A stretch of DNA of 64,000 nt from positions 1 through 64,000 of the forward strand of contig NW_021834364.1 of NCBI RefSeq assembly GCF_006345805.1, given 5' to 3'. The notes below the pieces were generated by a model, which saw only the letters and a list, made by a program, of their open reading frames with translations, ran no database searches and was not told the origin of the DNA. Both the position numbers and the translations under genes were made by a program. This DNA comes from Octopus sinensis (taxonomy: Eukaryota). Of the stretch, positions 40,325-54,331 are shown piece by piece. Positions within the stretch are counted from its first letter, which is position 1, and every line of letters starts with the position of its first letter.

Positions 40325-40396
<72 letters not shown>

Positions 40397-40483
40397 CACA
40401 CACATATAGAGAGATATACGTACATATAAACGTGTTTGTATTATATATTTATATATACATACATATATATGTATATATATATT

Positions 40484-40514
<31 letters not shown>

Positions 40515-40679
40515 CACATATACATATGTATATATATACCTAATGTAAAATTTTACAACATAGTTTTTAATGACGCAAAAATATTACAATAATATAATGG
40601 AAATTATAGAAATAGAAGTAATAAGGTATTGTTTCAAGATAACAGGATACGTGCGTATGTGTGGATAAGTGTCCGTGTG

Positions 40680-40719
<40 letters not shown>

Positions 40720-40864
40720 ACGCACACACGCACAAATGCATAAATATCTATAAACATATACATATAGAGTTTTATAGAGAATGTGTTTTATAAAATTTCG
40801 GATATCAATATACATATATAAATATATATGCATAAGTATACCTATGCGTACATACGTATACCTT

Positions 40865-40941
<77 letters not shown>

Positions 40942-40983
40942 TTCTTTCTTTCTTTCTTTCTATCTATCGTTCTATCTATCGTC

Positions 40984-41053
<70 letters not shown>

Positions 41054-41164
41054 GTATTTATCTATGCATGAACATACATATCTGCCTGTATGCGTGCGAG
41101 AACAGATATGTGTATACTTTAGTGTAGACACACACACAAGCACACACACACACACAAGCACACA

Positions 41165-41231
<67 letters not shown>

Positions 41232-41587
41232 TCTATATTTGTTTTGTATCGGTATTTAAATTAATTTCCAAATCTTTTCGATGAATGTTATAAACAACAG
41301 TTACCCTACAAGCATAGCTTCGTAGCACCTCAAATATTTCATGTGGCTACTTCGGATACGAAACTAGCATTTTGCATCAATTTAAAAACAGCAATTTATG
41401 GAGACTCCTCTATTTTTATCGATACGCATGTGTGTGTGTGTGGTGTGTGTGTATGTGTGTGTGTAAGCAAGTAAAGTTATTCGTCACATCAAAGTGGCTG
41501 TTCCATGTTACTACTAGTTTATATATATATATATATTTATACATACATACATACATATATGTATATATATATATATATATATGTATG

Positions 41588-41631
<44 letters not shown>

Positions 41632-42448
41632 TATATATATAATATATATATATATGTATCTATGTATGTATATATGTCTATATATATATATATATATAGA
41701 TATATATATATATATATATATATATCATATATTATATATATATATATATTTATTGTGCAAGATTTTTTATGTGAAGTCGTGGTGTTGAAACAGATATTGT
41801 ATATTTCGGAATGGTGATTTTGCCAGTTTAGCCATGTGTGCGGGCGTATATATGTGTATGTATATACATACTGATGCAAACACTCACGCACACACATGCA
41901 CATGCACGAACACATACGTTTGTGTTGATTATTTTGCAGCCTTACATCATTGGCTTGCGGTCAGGCTGGACCACATTTCACACGGGTGTGCTCAATCCTA
42001 TGAAGCCGACGGAATTTTACTTTTAACTTTGCAATCTCTTTATCGAGGATTATTTGTCGAACCGCTAATGTACATGTCACGAAAGAATATAAATGTAAAC
42101 TATACCCGTTTCTAGACTGTCAACATCAGTGTAAAAATATGCACGTATAAATACACATTCACACATGTAAGCATATTCGTACTAACACACACATATACAT
42201 AGATACGCACACACATATGTATCTGTGTATATATATATATATATATATATGTATATGTACGTATATATATAGGTTTATATATATGTATATATATATATAC
42301 ATATGTATATATATATATATATATGTATGCATATATATTATATATATAATATGGGTAAAGGTAAAAATATTTTTACTGTAAATTCATAATACAAGAAAAT
42401 TTTCTTATTTGTATATATATATAATTATATATATATATATATATATAT

Positions 42449-42510
<62 letters not shown>

Positions 42511-42640
42511 CACCTAGTGAAGGATTATAAATTCAGGTAAAATACCAGGCTAACAATATTACCCAGATTAGTGAAGAACTCCAGGTAATCTTGTGGTAGG
42601 ATCCAAGGTTATGGTTCATCACAATTCTATATTGTAAATC

Positions 42641-42697
42641 CGTCTTGCAACGTTTTCAATAGTTTTGAGTCAAAACTATTGAAAATGTTGCAAGACG
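42641..42697. repeat. 57-bp near-perfect palindrome
   Basis: cgtcttgcaacgttttcaatagttttga-g-tcaaaactattgaaaatgttgcaagacg (1 mismatch). Confidence 0.9.
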
Positions 42698-42906
42698 CAA
42701 CGAAAATTTTAGGAAAATAAAAAAGAAATTTTACCGTTGAGTGTGTTAAATTTTAAGGCACTAAAAGAGAATGACTCTTCCCAGACACAACAGAATATGC
42801 TTCAATACACGAACTCACATAAAGGATTTGCAAACCAAATCCAAAAACGATATATATATATATATACATACATATATATATACATACATTATTATTAATT
42901 TGTTTA

Positions 42907-42947
<41 letters not shown>

Positions 42948-43280
42948 TTTTAGTCCAAAGACTGCAGCCATGCTGGGGCACCGCCGTTTACTTTGCTATA
43001 CTTTCACTAAACCGCCTCTGATGTGTGACATTTGGTTGATGAGGGAGTTTGACATTGCTGCCCTCATCTGTGTTTCTTGCCTAGAGGTAGGTTCATCTCG
43101 TAACTCTTGACATGTATGTGTGTATGTATGTGTGTATGTATGTATGTATGTATGTATGTATGTATGTATGTATGTATGTATCTTTTATCATTTATCTTCT
43201 ACTGGTTTTAGCTGGAGGTTAAGGCAATGCTGGAGCACCGCCTTTTAGTGTGTTTGGGTTTCTTTTTCTGTACAGTTTCT

Positions 43281-43695
43281 TATTTTTTTATTGCCCACAA
43301 GGGACTAAACATAGAGGGGACAAACAAGGACAGACAAAGGGATTAAGTCGATTATTTCGACCCCAGTGCGTAACTGGTACTTAATTTATCGACCCAGAAA
43401 GGATGAAAGGCAAAGTCGAACTCGGCGGAATTTGAACTCAGAACGTAACGGCAGACGAAATACCTATTTCTTTACTTCCCACAAGGGGCTAAACACAGAG
43501 GGGACAAACAAGGACAGACAAACGGATTAAGTCGATTACATCGACCCCAGTGCGTAACTGGTACTAATTTAATCGACCTCTAAAGGATGAAAGGCAAAGT
43601 TGACCTCGGCGGAATTTGAACTCAGAACGTAACGGCAGACGAAACACGGCTACGCATTTCGCCCGGCGTGCTAACGTTTCTGCCAGCTCGCCGCC
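43281..43695 (-). mobile_element. SINE family A: full copy (43465-43695) plus tandem 5'-truncated copy (43281-43464)
   Basis: Both carry tail type 1 and are highly similar to 5870-6100. Confidence 0.9.
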
Positions 43696-43789
43696 TTAAT
43701 GTACTGTTTCTTGTGAAGTAGCGAATTGGACGGAGTTAGTCTTTTTTGTGGTTTCTACCGTGATGTGGGTTCATCTGGTATTTCAGACA

Positions 43790-44400
43790 AAATTTTGTCT
43801 TGGCGCTTTTTGAAGACCTCCACATCCAGTCCTCAGTGATCACAAGTTCGGAGCAATAACCTGGAAAACTGAGAAAGAAAATTCTCCATAGGAGTAGCAT
43901 GGTATCCTTTTTCCTGCTTCTGAATGATCTCAGAATCCATCAAGCTTGTACAGTGTTGTCATCCTTGTAATATTCACATTGGAATCATTACAAATGTAGA
44001 TTCTTAGGTCACGCACTGACTCAAACTCTGGCATTGCACTACCTACTCTTTCTGTGTATTCCCATTGTAGTATGTTTGTGGGCTGGACAATTGTAAATTA
44101 CCAACATTGAACTGCATGTTATTTTCATTAGCCCATTTGTATATTATATTCAGGCTGTTTTGCTGTTTTAGTATGTTATTAATGTCCTCCATCGCCTGTG
44201 ATACTTTTGTATCCTCTGCCTCGCTGGTGAGAATGGCTGACTGTATGATAGATGGCATGTCTGAGAGAACCACCAAAAAGAGTACTGGTTCCTTGAAAAC
44301 AGCACAGTTCCTTGAATGACTCCACTGCGATTTGATGTCTCCCTAGAGAGCGCATAATTGTTCGCTCAGCCGAACTTCCGGATCATTGAATAAAGTGAGA
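43790..44400 (-). mobile_element. Decayed CR1/L2-like LINE reverse transcriptase fragment
   Basis: VVLSDMPSIIQSAILTSEAEDTKVSQA...IYKWANENNMQFNVG resembles the RT YADDTK region; downstream SVRDLRIY..ND and GWILRSFRSR remnants. Confidence 0.75.
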
Positions 44401-44635
44401 GGGGTTGGACATTCCGCAGACACGAAGACTGTGCCTTTGAATTACAGGCTTCTGTACAGTGTCCAACTACACTTACATTTACCAATTACACTTACAAGGT
44501 ATAGCTCAACCCAAGAGCGCAGAAAATATTTGGCCCAAATGCCACGCAGTATTATTTTGGGTAAATATCCAGGACCTCATAATGGCGAAGCATTCTACCA
44601 TGGAAAGATATATATATACATACAAACGTATATAT

Positions 44636-44683
44636 ATATATATATGGGGTGGGGGAGAATTCACAAAAGAATAAAAGACGTCC

Positions 44684-44714
<31 letters not shown>

Positions 44715-44905
44715 ATGGGGTGGGGGAAGAATTCACAAAAGAACAGAAGACTAAAACAGGTGGTGTAAACAACAAACAGGTGTATTAGAATAACGCTCTG
44801 GAAGTGGAAAAGTTTTTAACGTTTCGAGCCTATGCTCTTCCACAGAAAGAAACACAGAAAGAAACATGGAGAGAAAATAAAGAATGTGTAGTGGCTAGCG
44901 ATCTA
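44636..44905 (-). mobile_element. Repeat family P with hammerhead-like motif at 44813-44850 and a duplicated end
   Basis: Minus strand: tcttt-CTGTGGA-a-gagc(atag)gctc-GAA-acgt-t-aaaa; tatatggggtgggg..gaattcacaaaagaa occurs twice (44636-44743). Confidence 0.65.
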
Positions 44906-45031
44906 GCATGGCGAGATACACACATACACACACATACACACACACATATATATATATATATATATGTGTGTGTATATATGTGTGTGTATGTGTGTGTACA
45001 TGCATACATACATATATATATACATATACAT

Positions 45032-45084
<53 letters not shown>

Positions 45085-45356
45085 TGCGTGCGTATGTATT
45101 TGTGCCTGATACAAGGTTTATTTAAAATAAACGTGTTAGATGACGTATACAGTGCAGTGTTACATACACACATTCACATACAATTGCATAGATATGCACA
45201 TGCATACAAGCACTCGCTCAGTCGTCCATGCATACTCAAATATGCACTACTAGGATTGTCGGTTCTTACGATAGATTTTAACTATTTTCTTTAAGTACCG
45301 GTAACGTAAGCTCGCCCGCCTCTCTCTCTTTCTCTCTCTCTCTCTCCCTTTTTGAA

Positions 45357-45464
<108 letters not shown>

Positions 45465-45903
45465 GCTGTTCCCTCCACAAAACCTTACACATCTCAGAAC
45501 AAAAATTTATTTTACCCTTATGTTTTATCGGTACACCTATTTTGATATGCAGGTAGTCAGCTAGCTCATGTATCTACCCATCTGTCTGTCTGCCTACCTG
45601 TCTCTGTGACAGCCTGTCTGTCTAAAATATTACGATTATATATATGTATATATCTATATCTATAATGAAATAATACATTGTAAATAAACAATGACATAAA
45701 AAATATGTGCATGATGCGAAATTTAGTATTACGATTTGATTGATAACCAAATTAGGGACCTTCTGTATCTGTGTCCCGTCCGGTTGTACGCTCAGTGTAT
45801 GTATACGATTTTTTTCTGTCGTTTATTTACGATGACTTTTTTGTCATTTATTATGTAAGGTTACGCAACACACACCCGACTTATATTAACAATAAATTTA
45901 TAT

Positions 45904-46316
45904 AGGAATGGTTGTGTGGTAAGTAGCTCGCTTACGAAGCACATAGTTTCAGGTTCAGTCCCACTGCGTGGCACCTTGGGCAAATGTCTTCTACTATAGC
46001 CTCGGGCCGACCAGACCAGATCCTTGTGAGTGGATTTGGTAGACGGAAACTGAAAGAAGCCCGTCGTATATATGTATACATATATGTATGTGTGTGTATA
46101 TGTATATGTTTGTGTGTCTGTGTTTGTCACCACAACATCGCTTGACAACCGATGCTGGTGTGTTTACGTCCCCGTAACTTAGAGGTTCAGCCAAAGAGAC
46201 CGATAGAATAAGTACTGAGCTTACAAAGAATAAGTCCCGGGGTCGATTTGCTCGACTAAAGGCGATGCTCCAGCATGGCCACAGTAAAATGACTGAAACA
46301 AATAAAAGAGTAAAAA

Positions 46317-46317
<1 letters not shown>
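45904..46317 (+). mobile_element. SINE family B, full length
   Basis: Colinear with 61480-61904, including the internal TA/TG spacer and aaaagagtaaaa end. Confidence 0.9.
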
Positions 46318-46348
<31 letters not shown>

Positions 46349-47211
46349 CGTTTACAAGATCGATATGTAAGAGTGCATGTGTGTATAAGCATATGAGCAT
46401 ATATACACATCCACTCTTACCTCTATAGATGTCATTAAACACTTCCATTCTAATTCACACTCACCAGACCTCTGTCTTTTTTCTACTAAGTCTTCAGCAA
46501 TGTTGCTCATCTTTTATGGCGTTCGAATGATAATGGTGGGTCGCAGCCATCTTGCCAACAACATAACCGCATTCTCACCCACACGTTCTCTTTTCTCTCC
46601 CTTCTTCCACTTCTTCTTTCTCTTTCTTCTTCTCCTTACACCTTTCTCATTTTTCTCCTCATTCTCCCGCTTACTCTAACATCACTTACCCTCACCATCA
46701 TCACTATTGCTAGTACCGTATTTATTATTCTCCAGTAAGTGTCAACGCGTTGTTCGCTTCAGCTGACAGCAGCCGGCGATCAAGTTGAAAGAAGATCGTC
46801 ATATCCGGATGCAATCCGTGTAAGAGCCTACTCATCAGCATGTGATGGGCGTGGTTCTGCTAATAAAAAATGAAAAAAAAGACATGGAAAGGGTTTCAGT
46901 TTAACACACTCACATACACACTCGCGCACACACACACATACACACACGCACATACACTTACACACAGTGAGGTGGCTCATGCGGGGCTGTTGTAAGGTAC
47001 TGCGGAGCTGTTTAGGATCACAACCTTGGTGAAATTATCCTGTTTCACGCTGTGCCACAGCGTAACTAGCAGAGACGACAAAAACGGGATTAAACATACA
47101 TACATACATACATACATACATACATACTCACATACATACATACATACACACACGCACACATACTCACATACATACATATATACACACACGCACACTTACA
47201 TATACCACACA

Positions 47212-47263
<52 letters not shown>

Positions 47264-47290
47264 CATACACACACAAATGCATACGTTGAT

Positions 47291-47410
47291 CGGCAAATTG
47301 GTAGAGTCATTAGAGCATCGGACAGAATGATTTGTGTCTCAAGTCTGCGCTCCGAATTCAAATCCTGCCGTGCTCAACTTAGCTTTTCATCATTTCCGGG
47401 TCTATAAGAA
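47291..47410 (+). mobile_element. SINE family A, old 5' fragment
   Basis: Diverged head (ttggtagagtcattagagcatcggac...attcaaatcctgccg...cttttcatc). Confidence 0.5.
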
Positions 47411-47588
47411 AATTCCTTTGCCCGCTATTTTTCTGAAAGAAATTGGCTGTGATCACCCTGAGACTTTGAGGGTAACGATCACAGCAGCACCCCTATATAT
47501 ATATATATATATATATTTATAAATAAGGATAATATCGATATTATCAAGTGGCCAGCATGGGAATAAATACCATACAAAGGTAATAATT

Positions 47589-47811
47589 TTTCACAACTAT
47601 AAATAAAGGTGTCTGAGAGACACCACCATGCCGAAATAGCAGTCAAGCCCTGACTCTAAAAACCACCTAAAATGTTCACATCGCACCACGATGTCTCTCT
47701 GTCTTATCTCGTGGTGCGATGTCAACATTTTAGGTGGTTTTTAGAGTCAGGGTTTGACTGCTACTTCGGCATGGTGGTGTCTCTCAGACACCCTTATTTA
47801 TAGTTGTGAAA
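47589..47811. repeat. Fold-back with 103-bp arms and a 17-nt loop
   Basis: 47589-47691 vs 47709-47811, 4 mismatches. Confidence 0.95.
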
Positions 47812-47824
47812 TATATATATATAT

Positions 47825-47885
<61 letters not shown>

Positions 47886-48573
47886 TATATATATATATGC
47901 ATATATGTTTATGTATCTATATATATGTATACGCATATGTATGTATATATGAATGTTATATATATATATTAGTTCATATGTTTATGTATATTTGTATAAA
48001 AGGCGGGCGAAACTAGATAAGTAAATAGAGATAAAATAATTTTAGGGGCGGGGAAATATGTCGTAATTGTGGGAGTAGAAAAATAGTGAAAGAATAAGGA
48101 AATATAGGAGAATAAAGGGCGAAAAGGAAAGAGTGAGTGAGTGATAATGTGTGAGAAAGAGATAGCGTGTGAGAAAGTCAATGTTAGAGGCATTGAAACG
48201 AAATGAATGTGGTGTGGACAGGTAGCTAGGCAGATTTACGGCGGGAGACAGACACACGTATACATACACACACACATAAGCACATGAATATATACGTATG
48301 CTTGTGTATGTGTGTGTGTGTGTGTGTGTGTGCGCGCACGCGGTATACGGAATGTTCATAAATTATATTTTACAACTTTAACGGTACTTTGCTGGTAATT
48401 GTAAAGGTAATTTATATGTACACACACGCACACACACACACACGCATACACATATATGTGTATGTATATGTGTGGCATGTGTGTGTGTATATATATATAA
48501 TATATTTATATGTGTTATACAGGCATGTTTGTGCGTTATGGAGACACGGATGCATCACGTGTACCTTCATGTT

Positions 48574-48616
<43 letters not shown>

Positions 48617-48950
48617 CACACCACACACATATACTATATATTTACACACAACAACCACCACACACATACATATATATATATATTTACATGTAACATAATA
48701 TATATACCTTAGGTTATATATATATATACATAGATCTGTGTATAGCATGTATGCTCACCGCGCACACACACATATATAATATATATTCCTATTTGTGTTT
48801 ATATATAGTTATTTCCAGAGACCTCAGTCCACACTGTATCAAGGTTTGGCATAACATAAATAGTATATATATATATATATATTATATATATATATATGTA
48901 AAAAGAGGGCATATTTAGCAATTTCTCTGTAGGTTGAAAATAATGTGAGG

Positions 48951-48999
48951 AACAACTTAACCGATTTTCGAACCTTATTGAGCTCTCATCAGATGTGTC
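48951..48999 (-). ncRNA. Hammerhead-like motif with canonical core and degenerate stem I
   Basis: Minus strand: gacacat-CTGATGA-gagc(tcaataag)gttc-GAA-aatcggtt-a-agttgtt. Confidence 0.4.
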
Positions 49000-49723
49000 T
49001 ACATATAAATAGTATGTGTACTTTTTATCAAACCGAAGATAAAATGCCCTAATTATTTGTTAGTCCTGCTTGAAATAGCAATGAAATCTCCCACAAGCTA
49101 AATCTAAAAAATTACATGTTTGCGACGAGAATAGCTTTCATCATGAAGTGACCAAGGTTACAACTGGAATGTCGTTGAGTATAAATGTGTCTGCTCGTTC
49201 AAGAATGGACAAGAGAAATAGTAAGCAATAGCAGCAATAACAAGAACAACAATAGCAGCAACTTGTTGTATTTCTCAAAACTTTTTTTTTTAAATCCACT
49301 ATCATTTACACCTGATATTTACATCCTGCATTATCACTTCTTCTTATGGTTGTACAATTTATCATTGTCACTACTCTTTATGATGATGATGAGGATGAAC
49401 AGAAGGAGGAGGACGACGAGAAAGAATGGAGGAAGAGGGGATGAAGGACGAGGAGTATTTTATGCATATGCATGTACATTACCGTGTATCTGTGTCAGTG
49501 CTTATGGGTGCTTTTCTTTCGATTTATGCTGTATATTTAAAATATTTAATTAATATACGGTTGCATTGATTCTAGGCCGGCTTTTTCGGCTTAAAATGAA
49601 GTCGAGCCTAGAATTTGAATCAACTAGAATCTTAAACTGATCACTTTATCTTCAAACTGTCTTTCATATTTTTTTTATGTTTGAATAATTAACTGGGCTC
49701 ACCTCTCCCTATATTTTATTATT

Positions 49724-49954
49724 TATTTCTTTACTACCCACAAGGGGCTAAACACAGAGAGGACAAACAAGGACAGACAAACGGATTAAGTCGATTATAT
49801 CGACCCCAGTGCGTAACTGGTACTTATTTAATCTACCCCGAAAGGATGAAAGGCAAAGTCGACCTCGGCGGAAATTGAGCTTAGAACGTAGCGGTAGACG
49901 AAATACCGCTAAGCATATCGCCTCGCGTGCTAACGATTCTGCCAGCTCACCGCC
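49724..49954 (-). mobile_element. SINE family A, full length (tail type 1) with TSD
   Basis: cctatattttattat at 49708-49722 and 49953-49967. Confidence 0.9.
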
Positions 49955-50727
49955 TATATTTTATTATCGTTAAGTCAAAGCAGAAAGGACAGTATCCAAT
50001 GTCAAAAAGACCAGTAACATTTTTAAGAGCCTCCGGGACAGTTAGGAAGATGTGGATGATATTGTAAGGCCGTGTCCTAGGTCTTAGCTAGAAAGTTTGC
50101 AACAGAGCAAAGTCTTCTAAATGTACTTATGGTCATGTGGTGTTAGTGTTTAACCGGGTGACGTATTAAATCTACCACCTTAGAACAGAAACGAGTTTGC
50201 CTACAGTTTCATAAAGCTTGAGGCTGTATAAGAAGAGACTTGCTCAAATAACGCAATTTCAAAACGAACTTTTTAACCACATAGTCACATTGAGCTACAT
50301 TTAAATATTAAGCTTTGCGAGTGAAATTTGGTTGATGGAAACTGTGTGGAAGTTTAGTTTTGGAATTGTAAGGAAAACCACTGGAGAAACTGCAAACAGT
50401 TCTTGGGTACCAGGCTTAATCTGGCAACTGCTTTCATACCACCAGACGCCCTTGGAAGTACACTCTGTTGCAAGCATTTTGGTCAGAGATCCAGGATAGC
50501 TTTCATCCTTCCTCTCAGAAACACGAACTACCGGAAAAATGTCACGAAAGTTTTCTTATTTTCCAGACTAAATCATGCGGAAAAGTAAAAGAAATCTGTT
50601 TTTATTTTGCTGTCACTTTGCAGCAATTCGTGTCAAAATACTTTTTGTGGATGGTGAGCAGCTATTATCCTTTGGCAAAAGAAGATCAATAGTTGAAGTT
50701 ATTATACTTAATTTACATTATGATTCC

Positions 50728-50931
50728 CAGCTAGCGGAATCGTTCGTACGCCGGATAAAAATGTTTTGCGGCATTTCTTTCGGCTTTACGCTCTGAGCTT
50801 AAATTCTACCGAGGTCTACTTTGCCCTTCATCCTTCTGGATCGATGAATTAAATACCATTTGAGCACTTATTTCTTTGTTCTTGGCAATATCCCCTCTCC
50901 AAAATTTCAGGCCTTGTGCCTATAGTAAAAG

Positions 50932-50935
<4 letters not shown>
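50728..50935 (+). mobile_element. SINE family A (tail type 2), diverged
   Basis: Head gctagcggaatcgtt, core ctaccgaggtctactttgcccttcatcc, tail ggccttgtgcctatagtaaaaggaat. Confidence 0.7.
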
Positions 50936-50966
<31 letters not shown>

Positions 50967-51026
50967 ATATATATATTATATATTATATATATTATATATA
51001 TATATATTTAATATATACGGGTTTCT

Positions 51027-51142
51027 TTCTGAATAGTTGGAAAGAAAATTCCTACAAAAATAGTAAAATAGTGGGTGAAGCAAGGAGATGAAGAAAAGCT
51101 AGGATGAAGAGTCAAAAGACAAGACAATATAATATAATAATA

Positions 51143-51181
<39 letters not shown>

Positions 51182-51190
51182 TAATAATAA
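51027..51190 (+). repeat. ~100-bp unit plus (TAA)n tail, repeated at 51674-51840
   Basis: ttctgaatagttggaaagaaaatt...ggatgaagagtcaa.agacaagaca then (taa)n in both copies. Confidence 0.8.
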
Positions 51191-51199
51191 TAATATATA

Positions 51200-51362
51200 T
51201 GTATATGTTTGTGTGTATGTGTTTGTACCCCATCATCGCTTGACAACCGATGTTAGTGTGCTTACGCCCCTGCAACTTAGCGGTTTGGCAAAAAGAGACC
51301 GATAGAATAAGTACTAGGCTTAAAAAGAATAAGTCTTGGGGTCGATTTGTTCGACTAAAGAG
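51200..51362 (+). mobile_element. SINE family B, 3' half
   Basis: catcgcttgacaaccgatg...gagaccgatagaataagtactaggctt...ggggtcgatttgttcgactaaag. Confidence 0.85.
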
Positions 51363-51767
51363 GCCGAGTTGCATTCGATTCCTGGTCGAAACCATTTTGT
51401 TCCACTTTCATTACTTAAGATCATTGAGAAAGATATGACTATCACAACTTCCCATTCCTCCAGCCACTATAAATTTTATGACCTTGTACCTGGTTAAAAA
51501 AGAAAGGTAAGAAAGAAATTGATATCCTTCTTTTCTCAAAGAAAAACTGAAAGTGAGTGTTATCTTGGAAAGTGCCTGGAGGTATATTTACGACTGCAGG
51601 TTACTGTGTCGTGTGAGTGTGTCTTTGACTGTGTTGGTTGGAGACCAATCTCCATGCTGGAGGCTGTTTTTAATTCTGAATAGTTGGAAAGAAAATTTCT
51701 AGAGAAAATAGTGGGTGGAGCAAGAAGATGAAAGAAAAGCCAGGATGAAGAGTCAAGAAGACAAGAC

Positions 51768-51835
<68 letters not shown>

Positions 51836-51857
51836 GATGATGATGATGATGATAATA

Positions 51858-51902
<45 letters not shown>

Positions 51903-52375
51903 TGATGAAGATAATAATAATAATAATAATAATAACAACAACAACAACAACAATAATAACAATAACAACAACAAAATGAAAGCAAATCTTTTTTTTAAAT
52001 GTCGAAGATAGCAAGAAGGAAGATCACAAAGAGAAAAAAAAAAGAATAAATAAACAAATTTTAAATAAATTTAAATGAAATAAAACAAAAATTTATAAAA
52101 AAGATAGTTAAAAAAAACTAAAACTAAATTTGATGAATAGACACAGGTTTTGGTTGGATTCAGCAAGATTGAAAAACAAGGTAAATAAAAATAACATTTT
52201 CAAATAAAGAAGACAACTCCAAAATAAATAAATGAATGACTAAATAAATAAAATATGTGAGAAGCCGGTCAGAAATCTAGTTTGAAAGAAGACTGCGGCA
52301 GACATCTTGTGAAAAATTAAACAGGTATTTTAGCAAAGATATGTGTACGCAAGTGTGTAGTAATGTGTATGTGAG

Positions 52376-52441
<66 letters not shown>

Positions 52442-52812
52442 AGAGAGAGAGAGAGGGGTGAAATACATACACACGCACACACAAACACACACGCACACAC
52501 AAACACACACGCACACACAAACACACACGCACACACACACCAATATATGTGTATATATTATATATTGTTTATGCCATAAGAATTTTAGGAAAAACTTTGA
52601 GACGTGAAATAATTCATAGAACTCGAAGTAGCTAACACTATAAATAAGAGAGCGTAAATACTGGATTAAAAACCCGAATAACCTTCGACATTTGTATCCA
52701 GAAATCTTTTTTTTTAACCCCATATTCAAAATGCCGTTATTATAACGTATATGCACTACGAGTTCTGGAGTTATAAACGAATTACACACGCACACACACG
52801 ATTACATATACA

Positions 52813-52862
<50 letters not shown>

Positions 52863-52988
52863 ATATATATACATACATATATATGTATATATCTAACATA
52901 CATTACATATATATGTATATATATACATATATATACTATATATATATATATATATATAAATCTTATATATATATATATATATATATAT

Positions 52989-53020
<32 letters not shown>

Positions 53021-53559
53021 TAGAGAGATAGATGATAGATAGATAAATGAATACATAAATAAAACTTACTTGGAAGAGGATGCGTGGCGTATGAATAATA
53101 TATATGCATATATACATACGTATATATGTACATACTTACATCTATGTATGTGAGCAGGACGTCACGGAACGAGTACAACAAAAAATACGACGCATACGTA
53201 CATGGAACGTGAACTATTCTTTTGAACTACGAAAGACAAATGGAAAACAAAACAAACAACATAAAGAACGGTGTTACCAATTTTGACCCTCCGCAAAATC
53301 CCAAATTTGACTCACTTTGCTTTGCGGAAACAACTGTTCTATCGAAAACGTATATTGTTGTTAAATGCTCGAAATACGGAACTAGAAAAACAGCCAACAA
53401 CTGATGATGGGTCGTTCTTTATGTTGTTTGTTTTGTTTACCATGTGTGCCTTTCGTTGTTCGAAAAAATAGTTCATGTTCCATGCACTTGTGGCTGTGGT
53501 TCGTATTTCTTTTGTTGTATACGTTTCGTGACGTCCTGTGTCATCTATATTATATATGC

Positions 53560-53631
<72 letters not shown>

Positions 53632-53706
53632 ATATATACTATATATTATTTATATTATATTATATTATTTATATACAATGTATACACCATATAAATATAT
53701 CCACAA

Positions 53707-53876
53707 CACGAGGTGCTAAAAAGTTCCTGGCATTGGGTAAAAGAAAATACAGAAGGATCAGCTAATTATGATTTTATTCAACTTCTAAGCCCTGTAAGAG
53801 AACTTGAAAGGTTGGACCTCCACTCAGACGTTTCGCGACACCCTTAAAACCAAAAACTTTTCAGCATCCCCCCGTA
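53707..53876 (+). mobile_element. Mariner-like MITE family E with internal deletion
   Basis: cacgaggtgctaaaaagttcctggc ... aaaacttttcagcatccccccgta. Confidence 0.75.
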
Positions 53877-54060
53877 CACACACATACACACATATGTATA
53901 AGTATTGGCTTGCATTTGCAACGTTTATTTGTAACTCATTCTTGAAACGTTAATAATTATGGGGAGACATGTGTATCTTGAAGATCGTCTCGATCGGTGA
54001 GTGGACCGGGAATGTTCATAAGTAAATAAATAATAAATAGTACATGAATAAAACAAATAC

Positions 54061-54140
54061 GCGTTTCCTGCTCCTCCACTCCCTTCCTCCTCCTCCACTC
54101 CCTTCCTCCTCCTCCACTCCCTTCCTCCTCCTCCTCCTCC

Positions 54141-54191
<51 letters not shown>

Positions 54192-54235
54192 TCCTTCCTT
54201 CTTTCCTTCTTTCTTTTTTTCTTTCTTTCTTTCTA
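54061..54235. repeat. Pyrimidine minisatellite (ctcctccactcccttc, ~3 units) plus (CTTT)n
   Basis: Directly visible. Confidence 0.85.
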
Positions 54236-54331
54236 TCGGACACTCGTCATAGTGTTGGTCAAACTTAAGATACTTCACGAGAGGGAGAATATCATATCGA
54301 AGGGAGAAAACTATAAAATATAACCAACCTT

